This document shows, in pieces, positions 10,014 through 19,077 of a stretch of 64,000 bases of DNA. Each line of letters starts with the position of its first letter. Position 1 is the stretch's first letter. Where the stretch lies: the NCBI GenBank assembly GCA_945865625.1, contig CAMBFD010000003.1, positions 1,954 through 65,953 on the forward strand. The letters run 5' to 3'. Position numbers and translations under genes: made by a program. The notes beneath the pieces were generated by a model, which worked only from the letters and a program-made list of their open reading frames with translations, had not been told where the DNA came from and made no database searches. This stretch comes from Chitinophaga pinensis (lineage in GTDB: Bacteria > Bacteroidota > Bacteroidia > NS11-12g > UBA955).

Positions 10014-10763
10014 ATGGCTTATACTCAACAAGATTTGCTCGATGCTGGTGTACATTTCGGTCACCTTACCCGCAAATGGAATCCCAAGATGGCTCCGTAT
10101 ATTTTTATGGAACAAAATGGTATTCACATCATCGATCTTAAAAAAACAGAGGCAAGATTAGAAGAATCTAAGGTAGCGATTAAAAATATTGCTAAATCAG
10201 GTCGTCGCATTTTATTTGTGGCAACTAAGAAACAAGCAAAAGAAATCGTAATGCAAGAGGCTCAACGTGCTGGAATGCCTTTCGTTACCGAACGTTGGTT
10301 AGGCGGTATGCTTACCAATTTTCAAACTGTTCGTAAAAGCATTAAAAGGATGCAAATTATCGACAGAATGGCTAACGATGGTACTTTCGAGCGCATTAAC
10401 AAGAAAGAGCGTTTGATGCTTGATCGTGAAAAAATTAAATTGACTAGAATGTTAGGTGGTATCGAAGATATGACTAAACTTCCTGGTGCAATTTTCTTGG
10501 TTGACGTGAAAAGAGAACATCTTGCAGTTTCTGAAGCAGTTCGTTTGAATATTCCTACTTTCGGTTTAGTAGATACCAACTCAGATCCAACTGTAGTTGA
10601 TTATGCAATCCCTGGTAATGATGACGCTTCTAAGAGCATTCAATTGATCGCTTCTGAATTGGCAAATGCTATTTTAGAAGGTACGGCTGAACGTAAAAGA
10701 GAGAAGTCTGAAGAAGAAAATAAAGTAGTAGAAGCTCCGAAAGAAGTTCCTGCTGAAGCTTAA
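10014..10763 (+). CDS. rpsB: 30S ribosomal protein S2
   Basis: [20 protein letters not shown]-terminus, with a C-terminal acidic tail. Confidence 0.95.
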   Translation: MAYTQQDLLDAGVHFGHLTRKWNPKMAPYIFMEQNGIHIIDLKKTEARLEESKVAIKNIAKSGRRILFVATKKQAKEIVMQEAQRAGMPFVTERWLGGMLTNFQTVRKSIKRMQIIDRMANDGTFERINKKERLMLDREKIKLTRMLGGIEDMTKLPGAIFLVDVKREHLAVSEAVRLNIPTFGLVDTNSDPTVVDYAIPGNDDASKSIQLIASELANAILEGTAERKREKSEEENKVVEAPKEVPAEA

Positions 10764-10785
10764 TTTATTTAAAAGAAAAACAAAA

Positions 10786-11619
10786 ATGACAACTATAAGT
10801 GCTTCAGATGTAAACAAATTGCGCCAAATGACCGGTGCAGGTTTGATGGATTGTAAAGCAGCGTTAGCTGAAACCGGTGGTGATTTTGAAAGCGCAATTG
10901 ATTTTTTGCGTAAAAAAGGTGCCAAAATTGCAGCAAAACGTGCCGATAGAGATGCTACAGAAGGTGCAGTTATTGCACTTACTTCTGCTGACTCTACTAG
11001 CGGTGTAATTATTCTATTAAGTTGCGAAACTGATTTTGTAGGTAAAAACGATAATTTCGTTGCCTTTGCAAAAGAAGTTGCGCAAATTGCTTTGTCAAAT
11101 AAACCAGCTACCCTTGATGCTTTGAAAGCCCTTTCTATGGGAAGTGCAACAATCGAAGCTCGTTTGTTAGATGAGGTTGCGAAAATTGGTGAAAAAATTG
11201 ACGTAGTAAAATATGAGTTGATTGAAGGCTCCAATGTGGTTGCTTACATTCATGGTGCAAACAGAATGGGTGTGTTGGTTGAAATGAACAATGCTCCCTC
11301 AGATTTGAATATGGTTGCAGGTAAAGATACAGCGATGCAAATTGCAGCGATGAATCCTGTTGCAGTTGACCGCGATGGTGTTGATGCTACTACCATAGAG
11401 CGTGAATTGGAAGTTGGTAAAGAACAAGCTCGCCAAGAAGGTAAGCCTGAGGCAATGATTGAAAAAATTGCAATGGGTAAACTTGAAAAATTCTACAAAG
11501 ATTCTACTTTATTGAATCAAGAATTTGTAAAAGATGGTAGCAAAACCGTTGCTAAAATGTTAAATGATACTGAGTCAGGTTTAACTATCAAACAATTTAA
11601 AAGAGTTCAACTCGGATAA
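10786..11619 (+). CDS. tsf: translation elongation factor Ts
   Basis: [40 protein letters not shown]-like N-terminus. Sits in the rpsB-tsf-pyrH order. Confidence 0.95.
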   Translation: MTTISASDVNKLRQMTGAGLMDCKAALAETGGDFESAIDFLRKKGAKIAAKRADRDATEGAVIALTSADSTSGVIILLSCETDFVGKNDNFVAFAKEVAQIALSNKPATLDALKALSMGSATIEARLLDEVAKIGEKIDVVKYELIEGSNVVAYIHGANRMGVLVEMNNAPSDLNMVAGKDTAMQIAAMNPVAVDRDGVDATTIERELEVGKEQARQEGKPEAMIEKIAMGKLEKFYKDSTLLNQEFVKDGSKTVAKMLNDTESGLTIKQFKRVQLG

Positions 11620-11640
11620 TAATTATAAAATATTCAAAAA

Positions 11641-11668
11641 ATCCTCCGAAATTCGGGGGATTTTTTTT
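11641..11668 (+). terminator. rho-independent terminator after tsf
   Basis: ATCCTCCGAA-A-TTCGGGGGAT (one mismatch) followed by T8. Confidence 0.75.
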
Positions 11669-11684
11669 GCAAATACACAAAAAC

Positions 11685-12392
11685 ATGAAATATAAAAGAA
11701 TCCTCCTTAAACTGAGCGGTGAAGCACTCCTTGGCAACCAACAATATGGCATTGATCCTGCCGTTTTAGAGCAATATGCTAAAGAAGTTAAATCAATAGT
11801 AGACGCTGGTGTCGAAGTGGCTATAGTCATTGGTGGTGGAAATATTTTTAGAGGTGTTCAAGGTGCTCAAGGTGGTGTGGTTGATCGTGCAACAGGCGAT
11901 TATATGGGAATGCTTGCTACAATGATGAATGCCATGGCCATTCAAGGCTCTTTTGAGAAATTTGGGATGACCACCCGTTTATTATCGGCCATTAAAATGG
12001 AACAAATTGGAGAACCATTTATTCGCCGTAGAGCAATGCGCCACTTAGAAAAAGGGAGAGTGGTTATCTTTGGTGCTGGTACGGGCAATCCTTATTTTAC
12101 AACCGATACTGCTGCTTCTCTAAGAGCAGTGGAAATTGAGGCCGATTTGGTAATCAAGGGAACACGTGTAGATGGAATCTATGATTCAGATCCGGAAAAA
12201 AATAAGAATGCCGTTAAATACAACGAAATTAGCTTTAAACAGGTTTACGATATGGGTCTTGAAGTTATGGATTTAACCGCAATTACACTTTGTCAAGAAA
12301 ACAATAAACCAATTGTAGTTTTTGATATGAATACTCCTGGTAATCTTTTGAAATTGATGCAAGGTGAATCAATTGGTACACTTGTGAAATAA
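11685..12392 (+). CDS. pyrH: UMP kinase
   Basis: [15 protein letters not shown] start and [11 protein letters not shown] motif. The track start at 11667 overlaps the tsf terminator T-run. Confidence 0.92.
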   Translation: MKYKRILLKLSGEALLGNQQYGIDPAVLEQYAKEVKSIVDAGVEVAIVIGGGNIFRGVQGAQGGVVDRATGDYMGMLATMMNAMAIQGSFEKFGMTTRLLSAIKMEQIGEPFIRRRAMRHLEKGRVVIFGAGTGNPYFTTDTAASLRAVEIEADLVIKGTRVDGIYDSDPEKNKNAVKYNEISFKQVYDMGLEVMDLTAITLCQENNKPIVVFDMNTPGNLLKLMQGESIGTLVK

Positions 12393-12411
12393 TTTAGAGT
12401 ACTTATGATTG

Positions 12412-12441
12412 AAGCCATTGTTTGTTCAATGGCTTTTTTTA
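12412..12441 (+). terminator. rho-independent terminator after pyrH
   Basis: AAGCCATTG-TTTGTT-CAATGGCTT followed by TTTTT. Confidence 0.85.
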
Positions 12442-12621
12442 TGCCTTATTAAATCTCTCTAAGCCCGCTTTGAGGGCGTTGATTTGATCAAACATATACT
12501 TTTGACATAATTAGCCGCTTAGATATAAGAGTGCTTAAAAACGGTCATGGAATTGGTCCTGCGGCTATGAAAAAGTCACAGCCGTATTTGTAGTTTTCGA
12601 ATTCAATGAATTAAGTGAAAC

Positions 12622-12650
12622 AAAAAAAAGACGACCTAGGCCGTCTTTTT
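12622..12650 (-). terminator. terminator after rpsT (bidirectional shape)
   Basis: A8-GACGACC-TA-GGCCGTC-T5. On the minus strand the hairpin is followed by T8. Confidence 0.7.
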
Positions 12651-12678
12651 AGTATGATATGAAAAAAAAATATTCGGT

Positions 12679-12933
12679 TTATGCCAATGTATTCACGTGT
12701 TTTTGCAAACTTGATTTTAAGTTGCTAGCCTTATTCTTGTGAATTACATTCTTTTTTGCCAACTTATCAAGAGCACTGATCGCGGTTAATAGTAACGCCG
12801 ATGCTTCTGCTTTATCAGAAGATTTACGGATTGTTTTAACTATGTTACGCGCGGTTTTGTGCTGATACTTGTTTAAGTCACGCTTAGCCTCATTGGCTCT
12901 GATTCTTTTGATTGCGGATTTATGATTTGCCAT
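12679..12933 (-). CDS. rpsT: 30S ribosomal protein S20
   Basis: MANHKSAIKRIRANEAKRDLNKYQ. 84 aa. Confidence 0.92.
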   Translation of the reverse strand: MANHKSAIKRIRANEAKRDLNKYQHKTARNIVKTIRKSSDKAEASALLLTAISALDKLAKKNVIHKNKASNLKSSLQKHVNTLA

Positions 12934-13000
12934 TTCTTTGCTAAAAAGGAGTGCGAAGATACAATAAACGATTTATAAAATCAAGAATATTTTAAAAAAA

Positions 13001-13330
13001 TTAATCAATCTCAGGTGCAAGTCTAACAATCAGACCGCCTATGTTCTCATGTAAGTGAATTTGACATCCTAGTCGTGAATTCTCTTTTACATAAAATGCT
13101 TGGTCTAACATTTCAATTTCGCTCTCTGTTTTCTCTGTTAGGTCTGTATTGCTTTCCACATAAACTTGACACGTTGCACACATAGCCATTCCGCCGCATT
13201 CTCCCTTTACATCTAACTCAACAGCCCTACAGAATTCCATAAGGTTCATATTCATATCGGTAGGAGCCTCGTAGGTTTGAGAATTTCCCTCTCGATCTAT
13301 AATTGTGATTTTTACATTCAAATTTTCCAT
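13001..13330 (-). CDS. 2Fe-2S ferredoxin (adrenodoxin/putidaredoxin type)
   Basis: CGGMAMCATC (C-x5-C-x2-C) plus a distal GCQI cysteine. 109 aa. Confidence 0.8.
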   Translation of the reverse strand: MENLNVKITIIDREGNSQTYEAPTDMNMNLMEFCRAVELDVKGECGGMAMCATCQVYVESNTDLTEKTESEIEMLDQAFYVKENSRLGCQIHLHENIGGLIVRLAPEID

Positions 13331-13333
13331 CGT

Positions 13334-13963
13334 TTATAAGTGGTCTAAATAATTGTGAAGTTTAATTGTAAATTGATTGTTCTCTGATTCTTCTAACATG
13401 TATAAACAAACATTGTGATGCTCAAAATTATCCATTCTATGCAATTCTTTTCCAGTTAGCAAGCACAAAAAACTCCTCATTGCCCTGCCATGCATGCAAA
13501 TCAATATGGTTTCATGGTCGGTATTTAGGATTCTTTCCAGCCCTGTTTTTTGACGGTTAAACATTTCAATTGGTGTTTCTCCATCTTTAATGGCAATATT
13601 TAGTTCGCCACTTCGCCATTGTGCTAAAATTTTCTGAAATGTTCTCGTATTTTCTTTTGTAGGGACTTTTCCTTCTAAGATTCCCCAATTAATCTCATTA
13701 AATTCTGGAACAATTTCTATTGGAATATTCTTTTTTGCAAAAGGAGAAACTGTTTGGTGGGTTCGTTGGAGCTCAGTTACATATATCTTGTTGAAGGGAA
13801 TATGGTTAAAGGCAGCGTAAAATTTATTTGCTTGCAAATGTCCCTCCTCATTTAAAGACGAATCTACCCCAGAACCTTGAACAATTCCTTGCTTATTGAA
13901 GTCTGTTTGTCCATGCCGAATTAAATAAATTGTTTTTTTGATTCGAGTGTCTGAATTTTGCAT
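13334..13963 (-). CDS. histidine phosphatase family protein (phosphoglycerate mutase-like)
   Basis: IYLIRHGQTDFN catalytic RHG motif. I chose the internal ATG at 13963. The 26-codon upstream extension in the track is Cys/His/Tyr-rich and overlaps the divergent gene. Confidence 0.75.
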   Translation of the reverse strand: MQNSDTRIKKTIYLIRHGQTDFNKQGIVQGSGVDSSLNEEGHLQANKFYAAFNHIPFNKIYVTELQRTHQTVSPFAKKNIPIEIVPEFNEINWGILEGKVPTKENTRTFQKILAQWRSGELNIAIKDGETPIEMFNRQKTGLERILNTDHETILICMHGRAMRSFLCLLTGKELHRMDNFEHHNVCLYMLEESENNQFTIKLHNYLDHL

Positions 13964-13965
13964 GA

Positions 13966-14403
13966 ATGATGGCCAATATTTTTGATACCGCAAATATAAG
14001 CATAGATGAACTAAACAAACGATGTGAAAATACAATGTCAACGGCCATTGGACTCGTGTTCACGGAAATTACACCATCCGTTTTAAAGGCAAAAATGCAA
14101 GTGAATTCTAGCAATTGTCAGCCAATTCGAATGCTCAATGGTGGTGCTTCGATGGCAATTGTTGAGATTTTAGGGAGTATGGCGGCAAATTTGGTGATCG
14201 ACAGAAGCAAGTTGGTTGCGCTCGGTCAATCAATTACTGGAAATCATTTTAGACCCGTTTTGGAAGGTGATTTTGTGCATGCGGAAGCGGTTGCAATTCA
14301 TATTGGTAAAAAAAGTCATGTTTGGGAAGTTTCAATTTTTCAGAATGAAGGTAAACTCGTTTGTAAAGGAACTATGGGCATGGCTGTTGTGCCCGTTCAA
14401 TAA
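13966..14403 (+). CDS. hotdog-fold PaaI-family thioesterase (DHNA-CoA hydrolase-like)
   Basis: LNGGASMAIVEILGS and HVWEVSI motifs of PaaI/YdiI-type thioesterases. It lies directly upstream of menF. Confidence 0.7.
   Translation: MMANIFDTANISIDELNKRCENTMSTAIGLVFTEITPSVLKAKMQVNSSNCQPIRMLNGGASMAIVEILGSMAANLVIDRSKLVALGQSITGNHFRPVLEGDFVHAEAVAIHIGKKSHVWEVSIFQNEGKLVCKGTMGMAVVPVQ
13991..13998 (-). promoter_or_regulatory. -7 box TATATTTG for the histidine phosphatase gene, inside the divergent thioesterase CDS
   Basis: Matches TAnnTTTG on the minus strand, 27 nt upstream of ATG 13963. Confidence 0.35.
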
Positions 14404-14406
14404 ATT

Positions 14407-15420
14407 ATGGAAGAATCTTTTGCAATTTTCCGAGAGGCCAATGATGCTCATGTAAAAATTTGCAAAGGAAATTTGGTGCTGCTTCAATCCAATTGGAATA
14501 TGAATAATATTCCTTCAGGATATTTAATTTCTCCTTGGGCTAAGGCAAATGAAATTTATCAGATTCAAGGTGAAATAGAAACGTATGAGTTAGAAAAGTT
14601 GGAAAGTTTTCTTGAAGGACAAAATCTAAACCTTGAAATTTCTGTTCAAGATTCGACTGCTTTCGAAGCGTTTTCAAATCAAGTTTTGTTAATTCAAAAT
14701 GAAATATCCCTCGGACATTTGGAAAAAGTAGTTGCGAGTAGAATTTTAGCCGAAGAAGAGGGTTTTAACATTTCTAAAATTTCAAATTGGTTGAGAAATT
14801 TAATCGATGAACATCAATCTGCTCTTGTATCATTGGTTTATAGCCCAATATTTGGGTTATGGATTGGAGCATCCCCTGAAACACTCATTCAATTGGAAGA
14901 GAATGAATTAACAACAATGAGTTTAGCGGGTACGCTTACAAAAGAAAATGATCAATGGTCAAATAAAGAGAAATTAGAGCAAAGTGTAACAACTAAATTT
15001 ATCTTAGAAATATTCAATAAATTGGGATTCTTGGCGCCATTAGATACTGAAGTTATAGAGTCCAAGAGTGGAAAATTAAGGCATTTACAAAGTGTTTTTA
15101 AAGTTATAATTAATCCAGAGCTTATTTCGGAAATTTTAATAGATTTTTCACCAACTCCAGCGGTAGGTGGTTATCCGAAAGAAAAAGCAGTTCAATGGAT
15201 CAATGAGCACGAAGATTTTCAAAGAGAATTATTCGCCGGTTTTTGGGGACCAAAATACAATACAACCTTAAGTTTAAATGTGAATTTGAGATGTGCTAAA
15301 ATCACTCAAAACAAACAATTGTTTTATGCAGGTTGCGGAATAAACCTAGGAAGTGAAGTGCGAAATGAGTGGAATGAAACAAGTGCAAAAATGAAAGTCA
15401 CAAGCGATTTTAGAGATTAA
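14407..15420 (+). CDS. menF: isochorismate synthase (menaquinone pathway)
   Basis: Chorismate-binding C-terminal pattern: SPTPAVGGYPKEKA, FAGFWGP, NLRCA, AGCGI. Confidence 0.8.
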   Translation: MEESFAIFREANDAHVKICKGNLVLLQSNWNMNNIPSGYLISPWAKANEIYQIQGEIETYELEKLESFLEGQNLNLEISVQDSTAFEAFSNQVLLIQNEISLGHLEKVVASRILAEEEGFNISKISNWLRNLIDEHQSALVSLVYSPIFGLWIGASPETLIQLEENELTTMSLAGTLTKENDQWSNKEKLEQSVTTKFILEIFNKLGFLAPLDTEVIESKSGKLRHLQSVFKVIINPELISEILIDFSPTPAVGGYPKEKAVQWINEHEDFQRELFAGFWGPKYNTTLSLNVNLRCAKITQNKQLFYAGCGINLGSEVRNEWNETSAKMKVTSDFRD

Positions 15421-16541
15421 TCTTCGTCGTCATCATCATCATCATCATCATCGTCATCATCGTCATCTGATTTTTTAGCTGGCTTCTTTTTGTCAGTTTT
15501 AGGTTCTGGCTTCTTCTCAACTTTAGGTTTCTCAGGAGATTTTTTATCAACTGGCTGAGCATCACCTTCTGGTTCATCGGAAGATTTTTCGGTTTCTGTA
15601 GATTTACTTTTCGATTTATCTTCAGGTGATTTTGGTTGAAGTTCTTCTGGTATTGGCAACAACTTTGGATCCAAAGGTTTGGGGTCTTGTGCAAATGCCA
15701 TTGTGGTCAATGACTTTTTAATAAGCGATTTGCCGGTAAGCGGATAACCATCGTAATCGCCCGTAGGAATGTAATAAGCCTTATTTCCCCTCACTTTTTC
15801 ATAAGCAGGACCAAGATGGTCTAATACGATGATTTTCTCCTCAGGTTGATATCTCAAAACCATTTGTGCCGATTTATGGTACTCAAATACAACTCTATTG
15901 GAAGAACTTGGATCTTCTTCATTGTCTCTAAATAAAGGGAAACCAAATAAGGGCTCGCCATCTTCAAAGTATAGAACATCGAGCAAAGAACGATTGCTAT
16001 TTGAATTATGCCCATCGAAACCCATTAACAGCAACAGATTTTTACCTTGAAATTTGTAAGGTTGCATTTGATAATAAAGTGCACCTGGCCATTTGTTTAA
16101 TGTATAAGTTTCATCTTCGCAGTCTTTTGCAAGATTTTCTGCTGTATCGAGTAGGATAAAAGTTCTAACTTGTTTTTTAATGCGCTGTTGAATGACTCCA
16201 AAGTGCATGAATTTTCCATTGAGCAAAATGGTATTGAAAGTGAAAATTCTGGCATCTGCATCTTTGTGTGAGGCAATGGCAATTGTTGAATAGCGAAGCG
16301 AATCGAAAGGATAATTATAAGAGATAGGGTTCAAAAGTCCTTCAAGGAGTAAATCTTGAATTTCATAAGAAGCCTTAATTCTTTCTGAGTCTGACGGCGC
16401 TGCAAGGGGTTTAATGTTAATTTTTAAAATCGTTTTTTCAAGATCAATTGGAGCCAAAAAATCTTGAGCATTTAAGATGCTTGAACTGCAAATTGAAACG
16501 ATAAAAAAGAGAGATATAAAAACCGAACGCAACATATTCAT
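15417..16541 (-). CDS. secreted hypothetical protein with a K/P/E-rich disordered region and a poly-Asp C-terminal tail
   Basis: Signal peptide MNMLRSVFISLFFIVSICSSSILNAQ. C-terminus is ...KKKPAKKSDDDDDDDDDDDDDDED. I recognise no family. Confidence 0.5.
   Translation of the reverse strand: MNMLRSVFISLFFIVSICSSSILNAQDFLAPIDLEKTILKINIKPLAAPSDSERIKASYEIQDLLLEGLLNPISYNYPFDSLRYSTIAIASHKDADARIFTFNTILLNGKFMHFGVIQQRIKKQVRTFILLDTAENLAKDCEDETYTLNKWPGALYYQMQPYKFQGKNLLLLMGFDGHNSNSNRSLLDVLYFEDGEPLFGFPLFRDNEEDPSSSNRVVFEYHKSAQMVLRYQPEEKIIVLDHLGPAYEKVRGNKAYYIPTGDYDGYPLTGKSLIKKSLTTMAFAQDPKPLDPKLLPIPEELQPKSPEDKSKSKSTETEKSSDEPEGDAQPVDKKSPEKPKVEKKPEPKTDKKKPAKKSDDDDDDDDDDDDDDED
15420..15467. repeat. (ATC/GTC)n trinucleotide microsatellite encoding the poly-Asp tail
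   Basis: atc ttc gtc gtc (atc)x7 gtc atc atc gtc atc read on the + strand. This gives 14 Asp, then Glu, then Asp on the minus strand. Confidence 0.9.
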
Positions 16542-16589
16542 TAGTCTTAAAACGTTAAATTTAATGAATTTATTTGGTAGGTTAAAAAA

Positions 16590-17768
16590 TTAGCAATTTT
16601 CAATGACCATTGCGGAAGCACCACCGCCACCGTTGCAAATACCAGCGCCACCAAGTTTCCCGTTATTTTGTTTCAAAACGTTCACCAAAGTAACAATGAT
16701 TCTTGCACCAGAGGCACCCAATGGATGTCCTAATGAAACAGCACCACCATTCACATTTACTTTATCTGCAGAGAGGTTCATGATTTTATTATTTGCCAAA
16801 CCAACAACAGCGAAAGCTTCGTTAAGTTCAACAAAATCTAAATCGCGCACTTCAATTCCAGCTCTTTTTGCAGCGAGAGGTAAAGCTTTACTTGGAGTGG
16901 TTGTAAACCATTCTGGAGCTTGCTCAGCGTCGGCACTACCAATAATTTTCGCTAAAGGTGTTAAGCCAAGTTCTTTCAATTTTTCGCCACTGACTAAAAC
17001 CAAAGCTGCAGCACCATCGTTAATTGTGCTGGCATTTGCCGCTGTTACTGTTCCATCTTTCTTGAAAACCGTTCTTAGGGTTGGAAATTTTGAAAAGTCA
17101 ACGCTTTTATATTCTTCATCTTCAGCTACAATCACTTCCCCTTTACGGGTTTGTATAGTTACTGGAGCAATTTCATTTGCAAATTTACCTTCAGCCCAAG
17201 CTTTCGCAGAACGCTCATAGCTTGTACGTGCAAAAGTATCTTGATCTTCACGGGTAATTCCATATTCAGCTGCACATAATTCAGCGCAACTTCCCATCAA
17301 TTCATTGCTATAAACATCGGTTAAACCATCATTGATGATTCCATCAACCAATGCAGTGTTTCCATATTTAAAGCCAGTACGAGAACCAGGAAGGTAATGA
17401 GGCACTTGACTCATGTTTTCCATACCGCCAGCCACTACGATATCGGCGTTTCCAAGTTGGATACTCTGAGCAGCCAATGCAATTGCTTTCATCCCACTAG
17501 CACAAACCTTGTTGATTGTTGTTGCAGGAACATTGTCGGAAATACCGGCAAATTTAGCAGCTTGACGCGCAGGTGCTTGTCCTAAACCAGCTTGTAATAC
17601 ACTACCCATTAACACTTCTTCAACCATTTCAGGACTGATATTTGCTTGTTTCAAAGCGGCTTTAATTGCAACTGCGCCAAGTTTTGTTGCAGAAACTGAA
17701 GCTAAAGATCCATTGAAACTTCCTAGGGGAGTGCGCATTGCACCAACGATAAACACTTCTTTTGTCAT
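16590..17768 (-). CDS. acetyl-CoA C-acetyltransferase (thiolase II)
   Basis: NKVCASGMKAI active-site Cys region, NVNGGAVSLGHPLGASG, and C-terminal GICNGGGGASAMVIE. Start taken at MTKEVFIVGA. Confidence 0.9.
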   Translation of the reverse strand: MTKEVFIVGAMRTPLGSFNGSLASVSATKLGAVAIKAALKQANISPEMVEEVLMGSVLQAGLGQAPARQAAKFAGISDNVPATTINKVCASGMKAIALAAQSIQLGNADIVVAGGMENMSQVPHYLPGSRTGFKYGNTALVDGIINDGLTDVYSNELMGSCAELCAAEYGITREDQDTFARTSYERSAKAWAEGKFANEIAPVTIQTRKGEVIVAEDEEYKSVDFSKFPTLRTVFKKDGTVTAANASTINDGAAALVLVSGEKLKELGLTPLAKIIGSADAEQAPEWFTTTPSKALPLAAKRAGIEVRDLDFVELNEAFAVVGLANNKIMNLSADKVNVNGGAVSLGHPLGASGARIIVTLVNVLKQNNGKLGGAGICNGGGGASAMVIENC

Positions 17769-17785
17769 AACTTTAAAATGTAGCA

Positions 17786-17793
17786 CAAAGGTA
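17786..17793 (-). promoter_or_regulatory. -7 box TACCTTTG, 17 nt upstream of the thiolase ATG
   Basis: Matches TAnnTTTG on the minus strand. Confidence 0.45.
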
Positions 17794-17827
17794 TTTAAAA
17801 TAGGGCAAAGTGGAAAGTGTTATTCCC

Positions 17828-17835
17828 TATATTTG
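17828..17835 (+). promoter_or_regulatory. -7 box TATATTTG, 4 nt upstream of the tsaB GTG 17840
   Basis: Matches TAnnTTTG with N4 spacing. Confidence 0.45.
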
Positions 17836-17839
17836 CAAG

Positions 17840-18508
17840 GTGATTCTCATTATTGAATCTTCTGCCGACTTTCCATCTGTTGCAATTTGTGATGCAATCG
17901 GTAAATTGTGCTTCGAAGAGGTGGTCAATGTCGCTCAAAGTCATTCAGAAAAATTGCCCGTTTTGGTACAGAATGCGCTTAATTTTATAGAGAATTCAAA
18001 TGCTGTATTGAAGGCAGTTGCCGTAAATTCAGGTCCTGGAAGTTATACAGGACTTAGAATTGGAGCAAGTTTGGCAAAGGGAATTTGTTATGCAAAGCAT
18101 GTTCCATTGATTGCAGTTGACGGACTACAAGCAATGGGTCAATTTGTACTCAAACAGCATCCTTCGATTGAAGCAGTATTTGCAATGATTGATGCCCGAC
18201 GCGATGAAGTATTTATGAAAAAAATCTACCGAAATCAAGTGTCAACAGCAATCGAAGCCGCAATTTTAGTAGAGCATTTATTTGAAGAAAATTGGGGTCA
18301 AGTTGCCTTTGTTGGCAATTCTAACGACAAGGCATTGAGGCTGTTAAATGTTCAAATTGCGAATACAGTTTTGGGTCCACTTGCCTCGCAAATGATAGAA
18401 TTTGCTTCAACTAAATTTCAAAATGAAACCTTCGAAAATGTTGCTTATTTTGAGCCATTTTATCTCAAAGATTTTGTTCCTGGTGTTAGTAAAAAGTTTG
18501 CCGTTTGA
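17840..18508 (+). CDS. tsaB: tRNA threonylcarbamoyladenosine biosynthesis protein TsaB
   Basis: ILIIESSADF ... NSGPGSYTGLRIGASLAKG. A GTG start at 17840 fits the family N-terminus and lies 4 nt after a TATATTTG box. The track start is 17810. Confidence 0.8.
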   Translation: MILIIESSADFPSVAICDAIGKLCFEEVVNVAQSHSEKLPVLVQNALNFIENSNAVLKAVAVNSGPGSYTGLRIGASLAKGICYAKHVPLIAVDGLQAMGQFVLKQHPSIEAVFAMIDARRDEVFMKKIYRNQVSTAIEAAILVEHLFEENWGQVAFVGNSNDKALRLLNVQIANTVLGPLASQMIEFASTKFQNETFENVAYFEPFYLKDFVPGVSKKFAV

Positions 18509-19077
18509 AAATTGCATTTATAGATAATTTCGACAGTTTTACATTCAATTTGATCCATTATTTTAAGAATACTGGAATCGAAGTTGAATTATTCCACAAT
18601 CATGAGTTGTTTAAAAATCAAGCAAAAATTTTAAATGCAAATGCAGTGATTATAGGTCCTGGGCCTAAAACGCCCACTGAAGCGGGTGAATTGATGCCGT
18701 TTATAGATGTATTGGTTAGTCGGAAATTTCCAATCTTTGGAATTTGTCTTGGCCAACAAGCTTTAGGTCAATTTTTTGGTATGAATTTAAAACTCGCCAA
18801 GCTTCCAATGCATGGAAAAACATCGTTTGTTGAACACGCAGAAGGTAAACTTTTTCTAAATCTTGAAAATCCCATGAAAGTAGGGAGGTACCATTCTCTT
18901 GTTGTTGAAATGACAGAAAATTCTACAGAAATTGAACCAATAGCATTTTGCAATGGTGAAATTATGGCCATTCAACATGTTCATTTGCCAATTTTTGGTG
19001 TGCAATTTCACCCAGAGAGTGTGCTCACACCAGAAGGTCAAACACTCATCCAAAACTGGGTAAATTTACTCGGCTAA
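18505..19077 (+). CDS. glutamine amidotransferase, anthranilate/aminodeoxychorismate synthase component II
   Basis: IDNFDSFTFNL, GICLGQQAL (catalytic Cys) and FGVQFHPES. The TTG start overlaps the tsaB stop. Confidence 0.85.
   Translation: MKIAFIDNFDSFTFNLIHYFKNTGIEVELFHNHELFKNQAKILNANAVIIGPGPKTPTEAGELMPFIDVLVSRKFPIFGICLGQQALGQFFGMNLKLAKLPMHGKTSFVEHAEGKLFLNLENPMKVGRYHSLVVEMTENSTEIEPIAFCNGEIMAIQHVHLPIFGVQFHPESVLTPEGQTLIQNWVNLLG

Noticed and set aside
10674-11234. A 186-aa minus-strand ORF overlapping rpsB/tsf.
   Set aside because: It is antisense to the strongly recognisable EF-Ts. Its Ala/Ser/Phe-rich composition is typical of a shadow frame, and it has no motif.
13964-14041. The longer 235-aa version of the histidine phosphatase ORF.
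   Set aside because: The 26-aa extension (MTLYFHIVCLVHLCLYLRYQKYWPSF) is Cys/His/Tyr-rich, overlaps the divergent thioesterase by 76 nt, and precedes a family-typical MQNSDTRIKKTIYLIRHGQT start.
16603-17220. A 205-aa + strand ORF inside the thiolase gene.
   Set aside because: It is antisense to a canonical thiolase. Its Pro/Ala/Ser-rich shadow composition comes from the Gly/Ala-rich sense frame.
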